Source: a virus
Lineage: Duplodnaviria > Caudoviricetes
Strand: one strand, 5' to 3'
Length of the DNA stretch: 58,951 nt
IMG/VR virus record: IMGVR_UViG_3300031227_000044
Span: 1-58,951 of that record
Below, piece by piece: positions 9,641 to 18,765 of the stretch. Below the pieces are notes generated by a model that saw nothing but the letters and a program-made list of their open reading frames with translations, was not told the DNA's origin and did not search any database. Position 1 is the stretch's first letter. Each line of letters opens with the position of its first letter. The position numbers were made by a program, and so were the translations under genes.

Positions 9641-10125
9641 TGTTTCTCAACCTTGAAGTCCGCACGTTCGGAAAGCTCTCTCAGGACATCCTTTGTTTTC
9701 TTGTTCAGAACCGGAGTTCCGCCGATCATGCCGTCAGAAAGAACGGTGTTGCTCATCTTGTCCTGCAACTTCTTCAGCGCGGTCTTGCCAACATCATCGA
9801 GGATGACATCTACTTGCTCGCCACCGACTAGGCGCCGGTAAAGGTCCGGGCCAAGGGCGTCCATGAAGAAAGCCTCGTTGTCGTCAAAGGTGCTGCGAAG
9901 CGGAGCAGAAGCCGGCATATTTTCGCTGCGGCTCCCGAACTCGCTCAGAACGGCCATTCTGAGTACCGAGGAGTCAGTTCCAGCCAGGTTCACGTTGTCG
10001 AACCACCCAACCACCACCTTGCGGCCATCCAGCTTGGAAAAGCCGTCCACGACGCCACGATACCCATGATCGACATCGGTGATAGTCATGGTGCTGTCGC
10101 CAGGTCTGGTAGTGCGTGTGGTCAT
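9637..10125 (-). CDS. Neck / tail completion protein (HK97 gp10-like)
   Basis: VVVGW...EFGS..NMPA...LRST motif; synteny. Confidence 0.65.
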   Translation of the reverse strand: MTTRTTRPGDSTMTITDVDHGYRGVVDGFSKLDGRKVVVGWFDNVNLAGTDSSVLRMAVLSEFGSRSENMPASAPLRSTFDDNEAFFMDALGPDLYRRLVGGEQVDVILDDVGKTALKKLQDKMSNTVLSDGMIGGTPVLNKKTKDVLRELSERADFKVEKQ

Positions 10126-10529
10126 GTGTCGTTGCTCATCATGCCCACCTTGAACGAGGGCACAACACGGTCTGGATCGTCTGCCTGAGTCGCCTTATCA
10201 TCGATGCTGATTCCACCGGCATAGCCTCGTCCGCCAGTCCTTGCCGCGACTTTACGAAGACGTGCGGCCATCTCAAGGTACTTATCGACCCGCTTGGTAA
10301 GCCACGTAGCGATCTTGCCGGTCTTCTGGTCAGCATCTTTCGAGAACTCAGCAGCAATGGCCTCGCAGGCGGCAGCGGCGGCAAAATAGACCCCGCCGTG
10401 CTGGGTGATAAGCCAGTCGATTTCTTCATCTTGAATTAGTTGGTCGTTGGTATCGGTATCGCCACAGAGCAGACGAACCTGGTAGGTTTCATCCGTATCG
10501 AGTTGTGTGACATTGTAGGTCCAAGTCAT
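10122..10529 (-). CDS. Head-tail connector protein
   Basis: MTWTY...VRLLCGDTD...DEEIDW...AAAAACEAIAA motif. Confidence 0.8.
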   Translation of the reverse strand: MTWTYNVTQLDTDETYQVRLLCGDTDTNDQLIQDEEIDWLITQHGGVYFAAAAACEAIAAEFSKDADQKTGKIATWLTKRVDKYLEMAARLRKVAARTGGRGYAGGISIDDKATQADDPDRVVPSFKVGMMSNDT

Positions 10530-10547
10530 GGCGGTACTCTTTACTCA

Positions 10548-11036
10548 TTAGGAGGATTTGGAGACCCGTGGCCCCCCACTCTTTCTCGAACGAGCCGTCT
10601 TCCTTTTGCGAGTCGTGGTCTTCTTCTTCGCGACCCTCTTCCTTGGAGCAGCCTTCTTGACCACCTTCTTGGGCTTCTTCACGACCGTAGCCTCTTCGCC
10701 ATCCACCATAAAACCAGCAGCCGCTTCGGGCTCCACCACTGGGGTTGGCTTTTCTTCCGGCATGGCAAGAGCCTCCGGGGATTCAACAATAAGCTCGATG
10801 AATCCCCGGCGCTCCATACGTTTCAGAAACGGTGCGCGCCTCCCAGGGGGGATCGTCTGGCCGGCTTTCCAATCGCGTCCGATGGCTCGGAATGCTTTTA
10901 ACACGCGGTAGGATTGCCGAAATGGGAAGTTGCGTTCGGTCACGGGCTTGCCGCCCATTCCGCCAGAGAACCGGCGAAAAAGGGCCACGCAACTATTCCT
11001 GTGCTGATCCGCTGCCTGTGAAGCGTTGGGATTCAT
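10548..11036 (-). CDS. Hypothetical protein with Lys/Arg-rich C-terminal tail (start uncertain, possibly GTG near 10943)
   Basis: KKPKKVVKKAAPRKRVAKKKTTTRKRK tail; directly after major capsid gene. Confidence 0.55.
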   Translation of the reverse strand: MNPNASQAADQHRNSCVALFRRFSGGMGGKPVTERNFPFRQSYRVLKAFRAIGRDWKAGQTIPPGRRAPFLKRMERRGFIELIVESPEALAMPEEKPTPVVEPEAAAGFMVDGEEATVVKKPKKVVKKAAPRKRVAKKKTTTRKRKTARSRKSGGPRVSKSS

Positions 11037-11038
11037 GA

Positions 11039-12013
11039 TCAGGTCACGACGCCATCAAAGAACGTACCCAGAACGGTCGAGATGGCCTTCATGACAAAGG
11101 CGACCTCTGCCTCGATCCGCTCGGTGCCCAGTCCCAGGAGGTCCATCGGGAGGCGATTCACGCGAACCCCCATGGCGCCCGATCCCAGCAGTCCGGTCCA
11201 GTGGAAGGTGCGGCCCGCAGTGGGCTTTTTCTTTCCGGTTCCGGGCTCGGTGTAGCACAGCATGGCGTCTTTGCCGAAGATGAAGTCAGTGTACTCGGTA
11301 GCCCCTTCAGCGGCGGTGTTGATGACGCCCCAGGGCACCAGAATCCGGTCAACACCAAAGCACTGGGCCAAGGCGCTGTCCGTCACAACGGCGGGCGCCC
11401 CGGGGGTTCCACCGTACTGGATACGTTCCAAAACGTCAGGGTTGTCATTCAGGACCGCCCGGACAGGCGGGCTCAGGACCAGGGTGTTCATCTTGAGTCC
11501 GGTCAGGGCTCCGACGACCATCTGGGCATCGCTGATGTCTTTGATCGGGGTGGATGCGGCATTGTCCCAAACGGTGAAGTCCACGCCGCCAACCAGGTCG
11601 GTGTCCCAGATGCCGGTTGTGAAGAAGTTGTCCCGCCAGATGCGCTCTTTGAGAATCAGCATCTTTTGCATGACGAAATCGACGGCATCCCTGTCGGCGT
11701 CAAGAGGCTGGTCGGAGTTGACCCGATCCTCCTCGGTAACGTCCTTGTGGTATGCGTACTTCTCGCAGAAATACTGCTCGTTCGAGACCCTGTAGCCACC
11801 GCCTACGGACTCGGTAGCCGGGGCCCTTTTCTCGGCCGCGTCACGCCGGAAGTCGGCCATGTCGTAGATGGCGTAAAGGTCGGACTGCTTTTTGACCGAA
11901 ACATCCTGGAAGACCTGGCCGGCGATAAAGTTCGCCGGGTTCTGGAACATCGCCACGGACATATCCGTGAGGAAGCTGTCAACGTGAATCTGAGCGCGGG
12001 TGGGTTGAGCCAT
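11039..12013 (-). CDS. Major capsid protein
   Basis: HVDSFLTDMSVA...FIAGQVF..VSVKKQSDLY motif; 324 aa; synteny. Confidence 0.9.
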   Translation of the reverse strand: MAQPTRAQIHVDSFLTDMSVAMFQNPANFIAGQVFQDVSVKKQSDLYAIYDMADFRRDAAEKRAPATESVGGGYRVSNEQYFCEKYAYHKDVTEEDRVNSDQPLDADRDAVDFVMQKMLILKERIWRDNFFTTGIWDTDLVGGVDFTVWDNAASTPIKDISDAQMVVGALTGLKMNTLVLSPPVRAVLNDNPDVLERIQYGGTPGAPAVVTDSALAQCFGVDRILVPWGVINTAAEGATEYTDFIFGKDAMLCYTEPGTGKKKPTAGRTFHWTGLLGSGAMGVRVNRLPMDLLGLGTERIEAEVAFVMKAISTVLGTFFDGVVT

Positions 12014-12037
12014 CGGGATACTCCTTGTTGCTTACGG

Positions 12038-12400
12038 TTACAGGGCACCGTTTACAAAGACAGAAATGTATTCGCCGGCCACGCCGCCTTCCAGTGCGGT
12101 TGCAACGTGAACCCCACCGGCCACGGGGATGAGCGCAGCGTTTGCGTCGGATGTCAACGAAGCCCATGCCGTGACGGTGTTGCCCAGAAGAGCCTTCGAA
12201 AGTCCGTAGGTCATGACCTTCCCGGCACGGCCGGCCGCATTGGGGTCGTCCTGGAGAATGCCGATCCCGCCTTCCAGGTTTCCGGCCAGGGTAAAGGTCT
12301 TGGCTGTGGTTCCGGAACCCTTGACAGCAAGGAACTGAGCCGCGCTACGATCCGCGTCGGCCAGGAGGGAGATGGAAATGTTGATGCCTTCGGTAGCCAT
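12038..12400 (-). CDS. Capsid cement / decoration protein (DUF2190-like)
   Basis: Small Ala/Gly-rich beta protein, GILQDDP...ALEGG..GEYISV, directly before MCP. Confidence 0.7.
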   Translation of the reverse strand: MATEGINISISLLADADRSAAQFLAVKGSGTTAKTFTLAGNLEGGIGILQDDPNAAGRAGKVMTYGLSKALLGNTVTAWASLTSDANAALIPVAGGVHVATALEGGVAGEYISVFVNGAL

Positions 12401-12412
12401 GGTTCAGCCTCC

Positions 12413-13168
12413 TTAGTTTCCGCCTTTTTCGGCAAGGTATTGATCGTAAAGACCGGGGTTCAGGTTCAAGACGGCCGTGAGGGCGTCACCGCGCTTCTCT
12501 GTGGGGTTGGCCTTGAGCCGTTCGGCCACCAGGGCGTCCACCTTGGCCTTAGCGCCACCGCTGGAATTGCCGGCGCTTCCGTGTGGATCCAGAAGGTGCT
12601 TCAGCGTCTCGGACTCGGCCATCTGGGCCCCGAGGGCCTTGAAGCAGACTTCCAGCTTCTTGAAGCTTTCCGGGTCCTTCTCGGAAATGCTCATGAAGAT
12701 CCCGCCCAGGATGTTGGCTTCCAAGCCAAGGAACGGGAAGGCTCCGGCCCGGATCGTCATGGCATCCAGGTTGCGCTGGCGCTCGGAAGCTTTCAGCGTG
12801 GCCAGGGTCTCGGCGTTTTCCTTGTTTGCGGCATCGGTCTCGGCCTTGTAGGCCCCGAGCTTCTTTTCCATGGCGACCCGGACATCTTCCGGCAGGCTGG
12901 CCAGGGGGTCGGGGTCAGCTTCCTTCGTGACCACCTTCTCGACGATCTTCTCCTGGATGGGCAGACCAGCCGCCTGCATGAAGGCCTTGGCAAAGGCTTC
13001 CTTGTCGGGGGCGTCGTCGGCGTACATGGAGAGCAGGGTCACGGCGCCGTCAACGACTTCCGCCTGGGAAGCTTCCAGACCGAGTGACCCGATTGCCGCA
13101 GTTGCTTCTTTCGAAAGCTTCTTTTCCTTGAGGGCCTTGATTACCTCGTCGGGAATGTTGAATGCCAT
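12413..13168 (-). CDS. Capsid scaffolding protein
   Basis: Coiled-coil Ala/Lys/Glu-rich protein ending PGLYDQY; lies between protease and capsid genes. Confidence 0.65.
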   Translation of the reverse strand: MAFNIPDEVIKALKEKKLSKEATAAIGSLGLEASQAEVVDGAVTLLSMYADDAPDKEAFAKAFMQAAGLPIQEKIVEKVVTKEADPDPLASLPEDVRVAMEKKLGAYKAETDAANKENAETLATLKASERQRNLDAMTIRAGAFPFLGLEANILGGIFMSISEKDPESFKKLEVCFKALGAQMAESETLKHLLDPHGSAGNSSGGAKAKVDALVAERLKANPTEKRGDALTAVLNLNPGLYDQYLAEKGGN

Positions 13169-13204
13169 TTCTTCCTCTCCTTATCGGGTAGATCGTTTCA
13201 ACGT

Positions 13205-13238
13205 GGTTATTCTCAAATGAAAATAACCCCTTTGTCAA
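13205..13238 (-). promoter_or_regulatory. Sigma70-like promoter for scaffold/capsid genes with overlapping inverted repeat
   Basis: TTGACA-N18-GAGAAT; imperfect 11-bp inverted repeat GGTTATTCTCA/TGAAAATAACC at 13205-13228. Confidence 0.5.
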
Positions 13239-13259
13239 GCCAAAAACGTTTTCTGTGAT

Positions 13260-14183
13260 TTATCCAAAAATCTCGCTGAATTCTTCCGGTGTAATTATCC
13301 TGTCTATCACGCCAAGCTCCAGGGCCTGTTCTGCGTTCATCCAAAGTTCCCTTTTTCCGTCATCTTCCACGCCACGAACCTTGCGCTTCCACTCTTCTGC
13401 GGAAAGCTTCGAACGTTCTGCAAGCTGACCAAGGATGCGGTCTTCGAGGTCGTTGAAGAAGTCCACGTCCCCCTCCATGTCAGGGATTTTACCGCCCGTC
13501 ATGGCTGCAACTCCGTGGATCATGATCGTGGCGCTCGGAAGGGCATACCTCATGCCTTCGTCTGCCGCAATGGCCAGCATGTAGGCTCCGCAACTCGCGG
13601 CCTTGTCCATCACGATGGTCCTCACAACAGAACGGGACAGCCGCGCAAAATCAGCCATGGCAAGCAGCGAAAGAGGGCTACCTCCAGGTGAAGAAATCAG
13701 AACGTTGATCGGCCCTTCCGTGCCAGCGCTCCCCAATTGCCTCATCTGCCGAATGAAGGTCTGCATGGCCCAGTCATCAAAGCCGCGTACCCACACGTCC
13801 ATAGAACCGGGCTCGGCATCGGGCGTTCCGAACACTGACCAGTACGCTTTCGGGCCATAGGCCCACGCGGCAACAACGAGGTCCCACTTCTCAGCGTCAT
13901 ACCCGGCGCTCTCTTCGTTTTTTTCACAAACATCGAAGAACCGCTTGTCGGCCTCGACATGCCTTGCGGCAGGAAGGATGCTCATAACGAGCCACACGTT
14001 GCTCTGCTTCCCCATCGACTCCACGGCGAAGTACCAGTGGCCCCAGTCATCCGAAGCCTTTACGATTCGCCAGTTGTCCTTCGCCGCGATCTCGTTCAGA
14101 TGCTTCGGGTCTTTCCGCTTGGTCTTGGACTCGTATGCGCGACAAACGAGGCTCGAAACTTCCTTGTCATTCAGAAGGTTCAT
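13260..14183 (-). CDS. clpP: ClpP-family (S14) protease, probable prohead maturation protease, with N-terminal extension
   Basis: ISSPGGS, AASCG (catalytic Ser), RYALPSATIMIHG (His), WMNAEQALELGVIDRI; lies between portal and scaffold; AGGAG RBS before 14183. Confidence 0.85.
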   Translation of the reverse strand: MNLLNDKEVSSLVCRAYESKTKRKDPKHLNEIAAKDNWRIVKASDDWGHWYFAVESMGKQSNVWLVMSILPAARHVEADKRFFDVCEKNEESAGYDAEKWDLVVAAWAYGPKAYWSVFGTPDAEPGSMDVWVRGFDDWAMQTFIRQMRQLGSAGTEGPINVLISSPGGSPLSLLAMADFARLSRSVVRTIVMDKAASCGAYMLAIAADEGMRYALPSATIMIHGVAAMTGGKIPDMEGDVDFFNDLEDRILGQLAERSKLSAEEWKRKVRGVEDDGKRELWMNAEQALELGVIDRIITPEEFSEIFG

Positions 14184-15537
14184 CGTCATTCTCCTGTGGA
14201 GTGGTTTCTGGCTCATCGGGAACCGGGGTTGCTTCTTCCTCTTCCGGCGAAACCTCTGGCATCCGGGCTGCACGTCTCAGAAACGCCTTGTCTGCCGGGG
14301 TGGTGAAGGTGATGTTCGATTTGAACAGCTTGTTGATGTAGTTCGCAAGTTCTTCCAGATTCGGAATGTCGATCACGCCAGGAACGAGTTGCGGCGGGTT
14401 CTCGGTATCGTATCCGTTGAGTTCCAGAAGCTTCGGGATGGCATGTCGGTTGATCGGTGCGGCGATGGATTCCAGGAAAGACTCCAGGGCGATTGCGAAC
14501 AGGCGAGTCTTGTTGGCGCTCAGGGCAAAACTCCCGACTCGCTCGTGGCCCAGAAGAATAAAATCGGCCAGCATCGTCATGGCGATTCGCTGATCGTACC
14601 TGGCAATGATGGATCCGGTGTCGAAATCCTTCTTCCCGCTGGAATCTTTGGACAGAAGCCTCAAGTTGAAGAGTTTGTTCCCGTCATCATCATATGCCAT
14701 CGGGAAAACAATGCCCTCCTGCTCGTCCCTGCGGATACGTGTAGCGAGGTCCTTGAAGTCCTGATATTGCTGCTTTTCTGCCGGTGATGCGTTTGGGCTA
14801 GTTAGGTCGGCCGGAACCTCGATGACGGGTAGGCCAACCAGGTCCCGCTCTACCCCGACTCCCTCAAGGTTCTCGATGTTCTTTTTGAAATACCAGGGCC
14901 GATAGGCGCCTCTCAGAACCGCTCTGCCTTCAGGGTTGTTGTACCGGGCGGTCGTTCGGAACAAGAGGCTTTTCTCGGACGGGATAAAGACCTGCTCGTA
15001 GTCAGGCGGCGCGTTCTGGTACATGCCCAGGATATCGCCGGTCTTCGGTTCGATTTCCCACTTGTCCAGCGTTTTCTGCGACCGTATCCCAAACGCTTTC
15101 CACCCGATCATGTTGTCGGCGTATCGGCTGTTGAACTTTGGGTTATTGTTAGGCCCCTTCCGGATCTTGTAGACGATCTCGTGCCAGGACCACCCGTACT
15201 GGAGCATGGTCAGGATCTCGTCAACCGTATCGGGCCACGGGTTGTCCATGTCGTTGAACAGCGCGGTTCTGATCAGGAAGACCTCCTGACTCTCATTGCT
15301 TCCCGCATCTCCCTTCTGTCCTTCGCCTGGCTCGATGCGCCACGTCGCCCTCTTGAGCAGATTCGTTACCGCAAATAGCATCCCGTTCACGATTGGATCG
15401 TTCGACGCCATTTCATCGTAAACCTTGACGGCATTCCGTCCCTGGAGTGCTGGCAAGAACTCCTCTGAAACAACACCGGAAAACTGCTTCAGTCCGGGCC
15501 GGCCGATTTGACCCATGTTGACTCTTGCTCTTGGCAT
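14167..15537 (-). CDS. Portal protein (DUF935-like)
   Basis: YGWSWHEIVY, NPEGRAVLRGAYRPW, GVERDLVGLP, GSFAL motifs; follows TerL. Confidence 0.9.
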   Translation of the reverse strand: MPRARVNMGQIGRPGLKQFSGVVSEEFLPALQGRNAVKVYDEMASNDPIVNGMLFAVTNLLKRATWRIEPGEGQKGDAGSNESQEVFLIRTALFNDMDNPWPDTVDEILTMLQYGWSWHEIVYKIRKGPNNNPKFNSRYADNMIGWKAFGIRSQKTLDKWEIEPKTGDILGMYQNAPPDYEQVFIPSEKSLLFRTTARYNNPEGRAVLRGAYRPWYFKKNIENLEGVGVERDLVGLPVIEVPADLTSPNASPAEKQQYQDFKDLATRIRRDEQEGIVFPMAYDDDGNKLFNLRLLSKDSSGKKDFDTGSIIARYDQRIAMTMLADFILLGHERVGSFALSANKTRLFAIALESFLESIAAPINRHAIPKLLELNGYDTENPPQLVPGVIDIPNLEELANYINKLFKSNITFTTPADKAFLRRAARMPEVSPEEEEATPVPDEPETTPQENDDEPSE

Positions 15538-16979
15538 TACATTTTCCTCCAGGTACTTTCACGCCTTGCGGCCCAAACTCTTGCGGTTGGAACGGGGCCG
15601 GATCGTGCCATCAATTCCAGAATACAGTAAATAACTGTATCCATTCTGTCAAAGTGTTGGCCCTTCGTGGCTCTACGGGCCGTCACGGTAGCGCGGTCGT
15701 CGTCTCCGGTGAAGGAGCACATCTGGTCCTCAAGAATCGGGAAGACGCCAACGTGATGAACCTTCCCCTGCTCGTACAAAGCCGCCACTGGTTCGCCACG
15801 AGTCTTCTTGCCCTTTGTGGCGTGAATGATTCTGACGATGGCCTTTGGGTCCGCAGCCTTGATGGTGGACAGGACCATCTCACCACCGTTGTTCGACTCC
15901 CCGATGATCTTGGATGCGCCAAGGCCCTTGTACGCCTGGACCGCCTTCCTGGCCCACCCTTCCGGAGAAAGGTGATACCCATTCGAGGAGAAAACGTAGT
16001 AGTGGCCACGATGATCGATTCCGGCGCCCGAAACGGCCGTCTCATCAGCCCCGGCATAATGGCTCATGGCTGGATCCACCGCGATCACGATGCGCTTCAT
16101 GTCCTGGTGTCGAGCATCAAAGTCCCGGTTCAACTCGACCCAATCACGCTCGAAGAGGGCTCCCTCAACGTCCTTTACCCACTTGCCTTTAAGCTCCTGG
16201 TCCCCAAGGCGCGTACCGTCGAACTTTGCGTAGAGGTAGTCCTTCATGTCGTCTGGGAGATCCGTGTTGTCCTTTGTCTCGGCTTCCGTAACCACCGTCG
16301 TCGCTTCTGATTCGAGTTCTTTGACGAAAGGCCGCTGCTTCGGGGTGGTGGTAACGATGACCTGCGGATATTTTCCAATCCGAAGGCCGAACATGGCCAT
16401 TTCCCACGACTCTTTATTCCACAGGGCAAGCTCGTCAGCCCAGATCAGCGACCACTCAGGGCCGTTCCACCTATCGGGGTTCTCCGACCCAATGAGCTTG
16501 ATCCGTCCACCGTTTATGTGCCAGGCTTCACCATTCGCCCGATTGTACTTTTTGAACTGGTTTCTGAAAAGAGACCACAGGCCAGACCGTCCTTCCATGC
16601 AGACATCTCGTGCAGCCGCGAAAGACGGTGCTCCAATGCCAACCCGTGCATCGGAGCCATACTTTTTAAGATGCTCAATCACGTAGGTCGAGCCACCAAA
16701 GGTCTTTCCAGCACCACGGCCGGTTCTAAGCACCCAAATCTTCCATGGCCGGGTAATTATCTCACCGATACGTTCTTCTTCTGGAACATCTTTCAGAAGT
16801 CGGATGACCTTCTTGCCCTTTACTTCATCGACGTGAACCGTCACGTCTCCGGGCGGGATCTGCCATGGGTGGATGTGGTCAAGGTGAGAAGCGTAGCCGG
16901 CACTCTTTTCACTTACGGCCAGTCGGCGCCGTAGCTCCATCTCTGCTGCGGCTTGACACTGAATTGGATCAAGAACCAT
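15537..16979 (-). CDS. terL: Terminase large subunit
   Basis: Walker A GRGAGKT, Walker B WADE, motif III TTTP, nuclease IAVDPA...DRMD. Confidence 0.95.
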   Translation of the reverse strand: MVLDPIQCQAAAEMELRRRLAVSEKSAGYASHLDHIHPWQIPPGDVTVHVDEVKGKKVIRLLKDVPEEERIGEIITRPWKIWVLRTGRGAGKTFGGSTYVIEHLKKYGSDARVGIGAPSFAAARDVCMEGRSGLWSLFRNQFKKYNRANGEAWHINGGRIKLIGSENPDRWNGPEWSLIWADELALWNKESWEMAMFGLRIGKYPQVIVTTTPKQRPFVKELESEATTVVTEAETKDNTDLPDDMKDYLYAKFDGTRLGDQELKGKWVKDVEGALFERDWVELNRDFDARHQDMKRIVIAVDPAMSHYAGADETAVSGAGIDHRGHYYVFSSNGYHLSPEGWARKAVQAYKGLGASKIIGESNNGGEMVLSTIKAADPKAIVRIIHATKGKKTRGEPVAALYEQGKVHHVGVFPILEDQMCSFTGDDDRATVTARRATKGQHFDRMDTVIYCILELMARSGPVPTARVWAARRESTWRKM

Positions 16980-17758
16980 TACTGATTCTTTCGGATGTGC
17001 TCTGCTCTAAGGCGTTCCAGGTCGAAGTTGCCCTTCTTCACGTCTTCCAGCCTGGCGCCCAGCTTTAGGGCTTCCAATTCTTCCAGGCTCATCTTCTTCA
17101 CGTCAAAGTGGTTATCCACGTTCCCCGGATCCTTGCCGATGGATTCCGCGATGTGCTCCACCGCACTCCTGCCCAGGGTATTGGCGACCTCCACGACCTT
17201 TGCCGCAGCCCTGGCCATCGTGGGGATGTCCGAGACCCGGAAGCTGGACGTGGGCTTGATAACTATCGTGATGCCGCCTTCGTCTTCAATGACCTCTTCT
17301 TCGACAATGGGGATGTCCAGCATCTGGGCCGCACGTTTGAGCATCTGGTCGGCCAACGCGACCATTTCTTGCGACTTCTCCCACTCCTGCACCTTCAGGT
17401 GGGCAGCAAAATTCTCAAACTCGCTGGCATGGAACTCGGCCAACTGCAACACCTTTCCATCGAACGACTTCTGGACGCTTCTCCAGTAGGCTTGCCGGCG
17501 ATGGGCCCAGTAGAGTTTGGTATTTGCTTGGTTCCATTGGGTCCGCATGGCTGCATTGAACGGTTGGTTGTGTTCGTTGCACCACATGGAGCACACACGG
17601 GAGATTATTGGAAGGCGTCTTGGGCTGAACCTGACGTAGAACTGAAACCACTGGAACTGCTTGTCCGACTCAAGCTCATGTTGGTCCCATGGGTTCTTGC
17701 CGGGCTCTCTGTCCATGAGGTCGGAAAGGATCAGTTTTTTTATCAGGTTCTCGTCCAT
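16979..17758 (-). CDS. Terminase small subunit (putative)
   Basis: PWDQHELESDKQFQWFQFY N-terminus; directly upstream of TerL. Confidence 0.65.
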   Translation of the reverse strand: MDENLIKKLILSDLMDREPGKNPWDQHELESDKQFQWFQFYVRFSPRRLPIISRVCSMWCNEHNQPFNAAMRTQWNQANTKLYWAHRRQAYWRSVQKSFDGKVLQLAEFHASEFENFAAHLKVQEWEKSQEMVALADQMLKRAAQMLDIPIVEEEVIEDEGGITIVIKPTSSFRVSDIPTMARAAAKVVEVANTLGRSAVEHIAESIGKDPGNVDNHFDVKKMSLEELEALKLGARLEDVKKGNFDLERLRAEHIRKNQ

Positions 17759-17765
17759 GGGGTAA

Positions 17766-17795
17766 ATTGTACAGATAGTTATTTGGAAAGGTCAA
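17766..17795 (-). promoter_or_regulatory. Promoter of terminase operon, probably giving a leaderless mRNA
   Basis: TTGACC-N18-TACAAT with ATG 7 nt downstream and no SD. Confidence 0.55.
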
Positions 17796-17800
17796 GGAAG

Positions 17801-17877
17801 AAATAAAACGGGCCGGCCAGCGATGAGGCGTGATGGTCCTGTTATCGCCGGCCAGCCCCAAGGAAAGAAACCACGCA
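17801..17877 (-). ncRNA. Candidate small RNA ending in a terminator-like hairpin
   Basis: Own promoter at 17912-17884; 15-bp stem (17858-17844 with 17824-17810, two G-U pairs), 19-nt loop, then GTTTTATTT. Confidence 0.45.
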
Positions 17878-17883
17878 AGAGGA

Positions 17884-17912
17884 AAGGTATCATTACCGCA
17901 AAAGCTTGTCAA
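17884..17912 (-). promoter_or_regulatory. Sigma70-like promoter
   Basis: TTGACA-N17-TACCTT. Confidence 0.55.
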
Positions 17913-17939
17913 TCATCGAAAGATTCCAACGCCACCACA

Positions 17940-18752
17940 TCATCCAAAGGTGCTGATAATGCCCTTGATTTCCTGGTGGGCTCGTTTTAGATTGCTGTGG
18001 TAGTTGTTCTTTAGGGATCCAGGCCCGTTGTACCTACGTGCGATTCTTTTGTAGTTCGGATCATCGCTTCGGAACTCTTCGAGCAGGCCGCGGTCAAGGC
18101 CAATGAAGTGGGCAAATACCTCGAACTGTCTTTCCAAATCCCCCTGGTCTTGGAGGTAATCCACCGACAGGCCGCATCGGTCCACGTTAAATCCCATGAT
18201 CTGGAATAGGCCGAAAGAGGTGGAGTAGAATCTGCGTTCGCGGTCGTCAAGGCTAGGATTGCTGTCCCACACATGGCTTTCAAATCGAACCCTTCCGATG
18301 CCGGCCGTTTCAACCTGAATGATCGCCAAGGCCAGCCCCTGGTTAAGGCCCATTTCGGCAATGTCGCCGGAGTCCACCAATGCCTGGTAATAGGTCATGT
18401 AGCTTTCTGTCGCCGGCATGGCGGTGAGGCTCTGAAGCCGATCCAGGAACTCCACGTTGACCTGGGCGATCACTTCGTCGGCCATGAGGAGCTTCTGCTC
18501 GATCACACCAAGCATTGCTGCTGGATCAAAGGTGTCGGCCTGCAACTCTTTGCAGAACTGGAGAAGGCCCCGGCCTGTCCCAACACCCATCTTTCCGTCA
18601 ATAACAGCGGAACCGCTCATGTCGGTGGAGTAGCACAGGTAGACGAGACCCCGCTGAAGGGCGTAGGGCAATCGGTCTCTGATTTCCCAATACTTCACAA
18701 ATGTCTCTGGGTCCGTGTCGAGCAGTTGCGTGATCCACTTTCTTACGTCCAT
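17940..18752 (-). CDS. Endolysin, N-acetylmuramidase (DUF3380 family), with unknown N-terminal domain
   Basis: AIIQVETAG...RFESHVW...STSFGLFQIMGFN...ARRYNGPG; start MDVRKW after GAGGGGAG. Confidence 0.85.
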   Translation of the reverse strand: MDVRKWITQLLDTDPETFVKYWEIRDRLPYALQRGLVYLCYSTDMSGSAVIDGKMGVGTGRGLLQFCKELQADTFDPAAMLGVIEQKLLMADEVIAQVNVEFLDRLQSLTAMPATESYMTYYQALVDSGDIAEMGLNQGLALAIIQVETAGIGRVRFESHVWDSNPSLDDRERRFYSTSFGLFQIMGFNVDRCGLSVDYLQDQGDLERQFEVFAHFIGLDRGLLEEFRSDDPNYKRIARRYNGPGSLKNNYHSNLKRAHQEIKGIISTFG

Positions 18753-18765
18753 TTGAAGTCTCCCC

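Noticed and set aside
7124-13087. Long plus-strand ORFs (7124-8200, 11201-13087)
   Set aside because: Antisense shadows of sheath and capsid/scaffold genes, expected from GC-rich codon usage; no motifs
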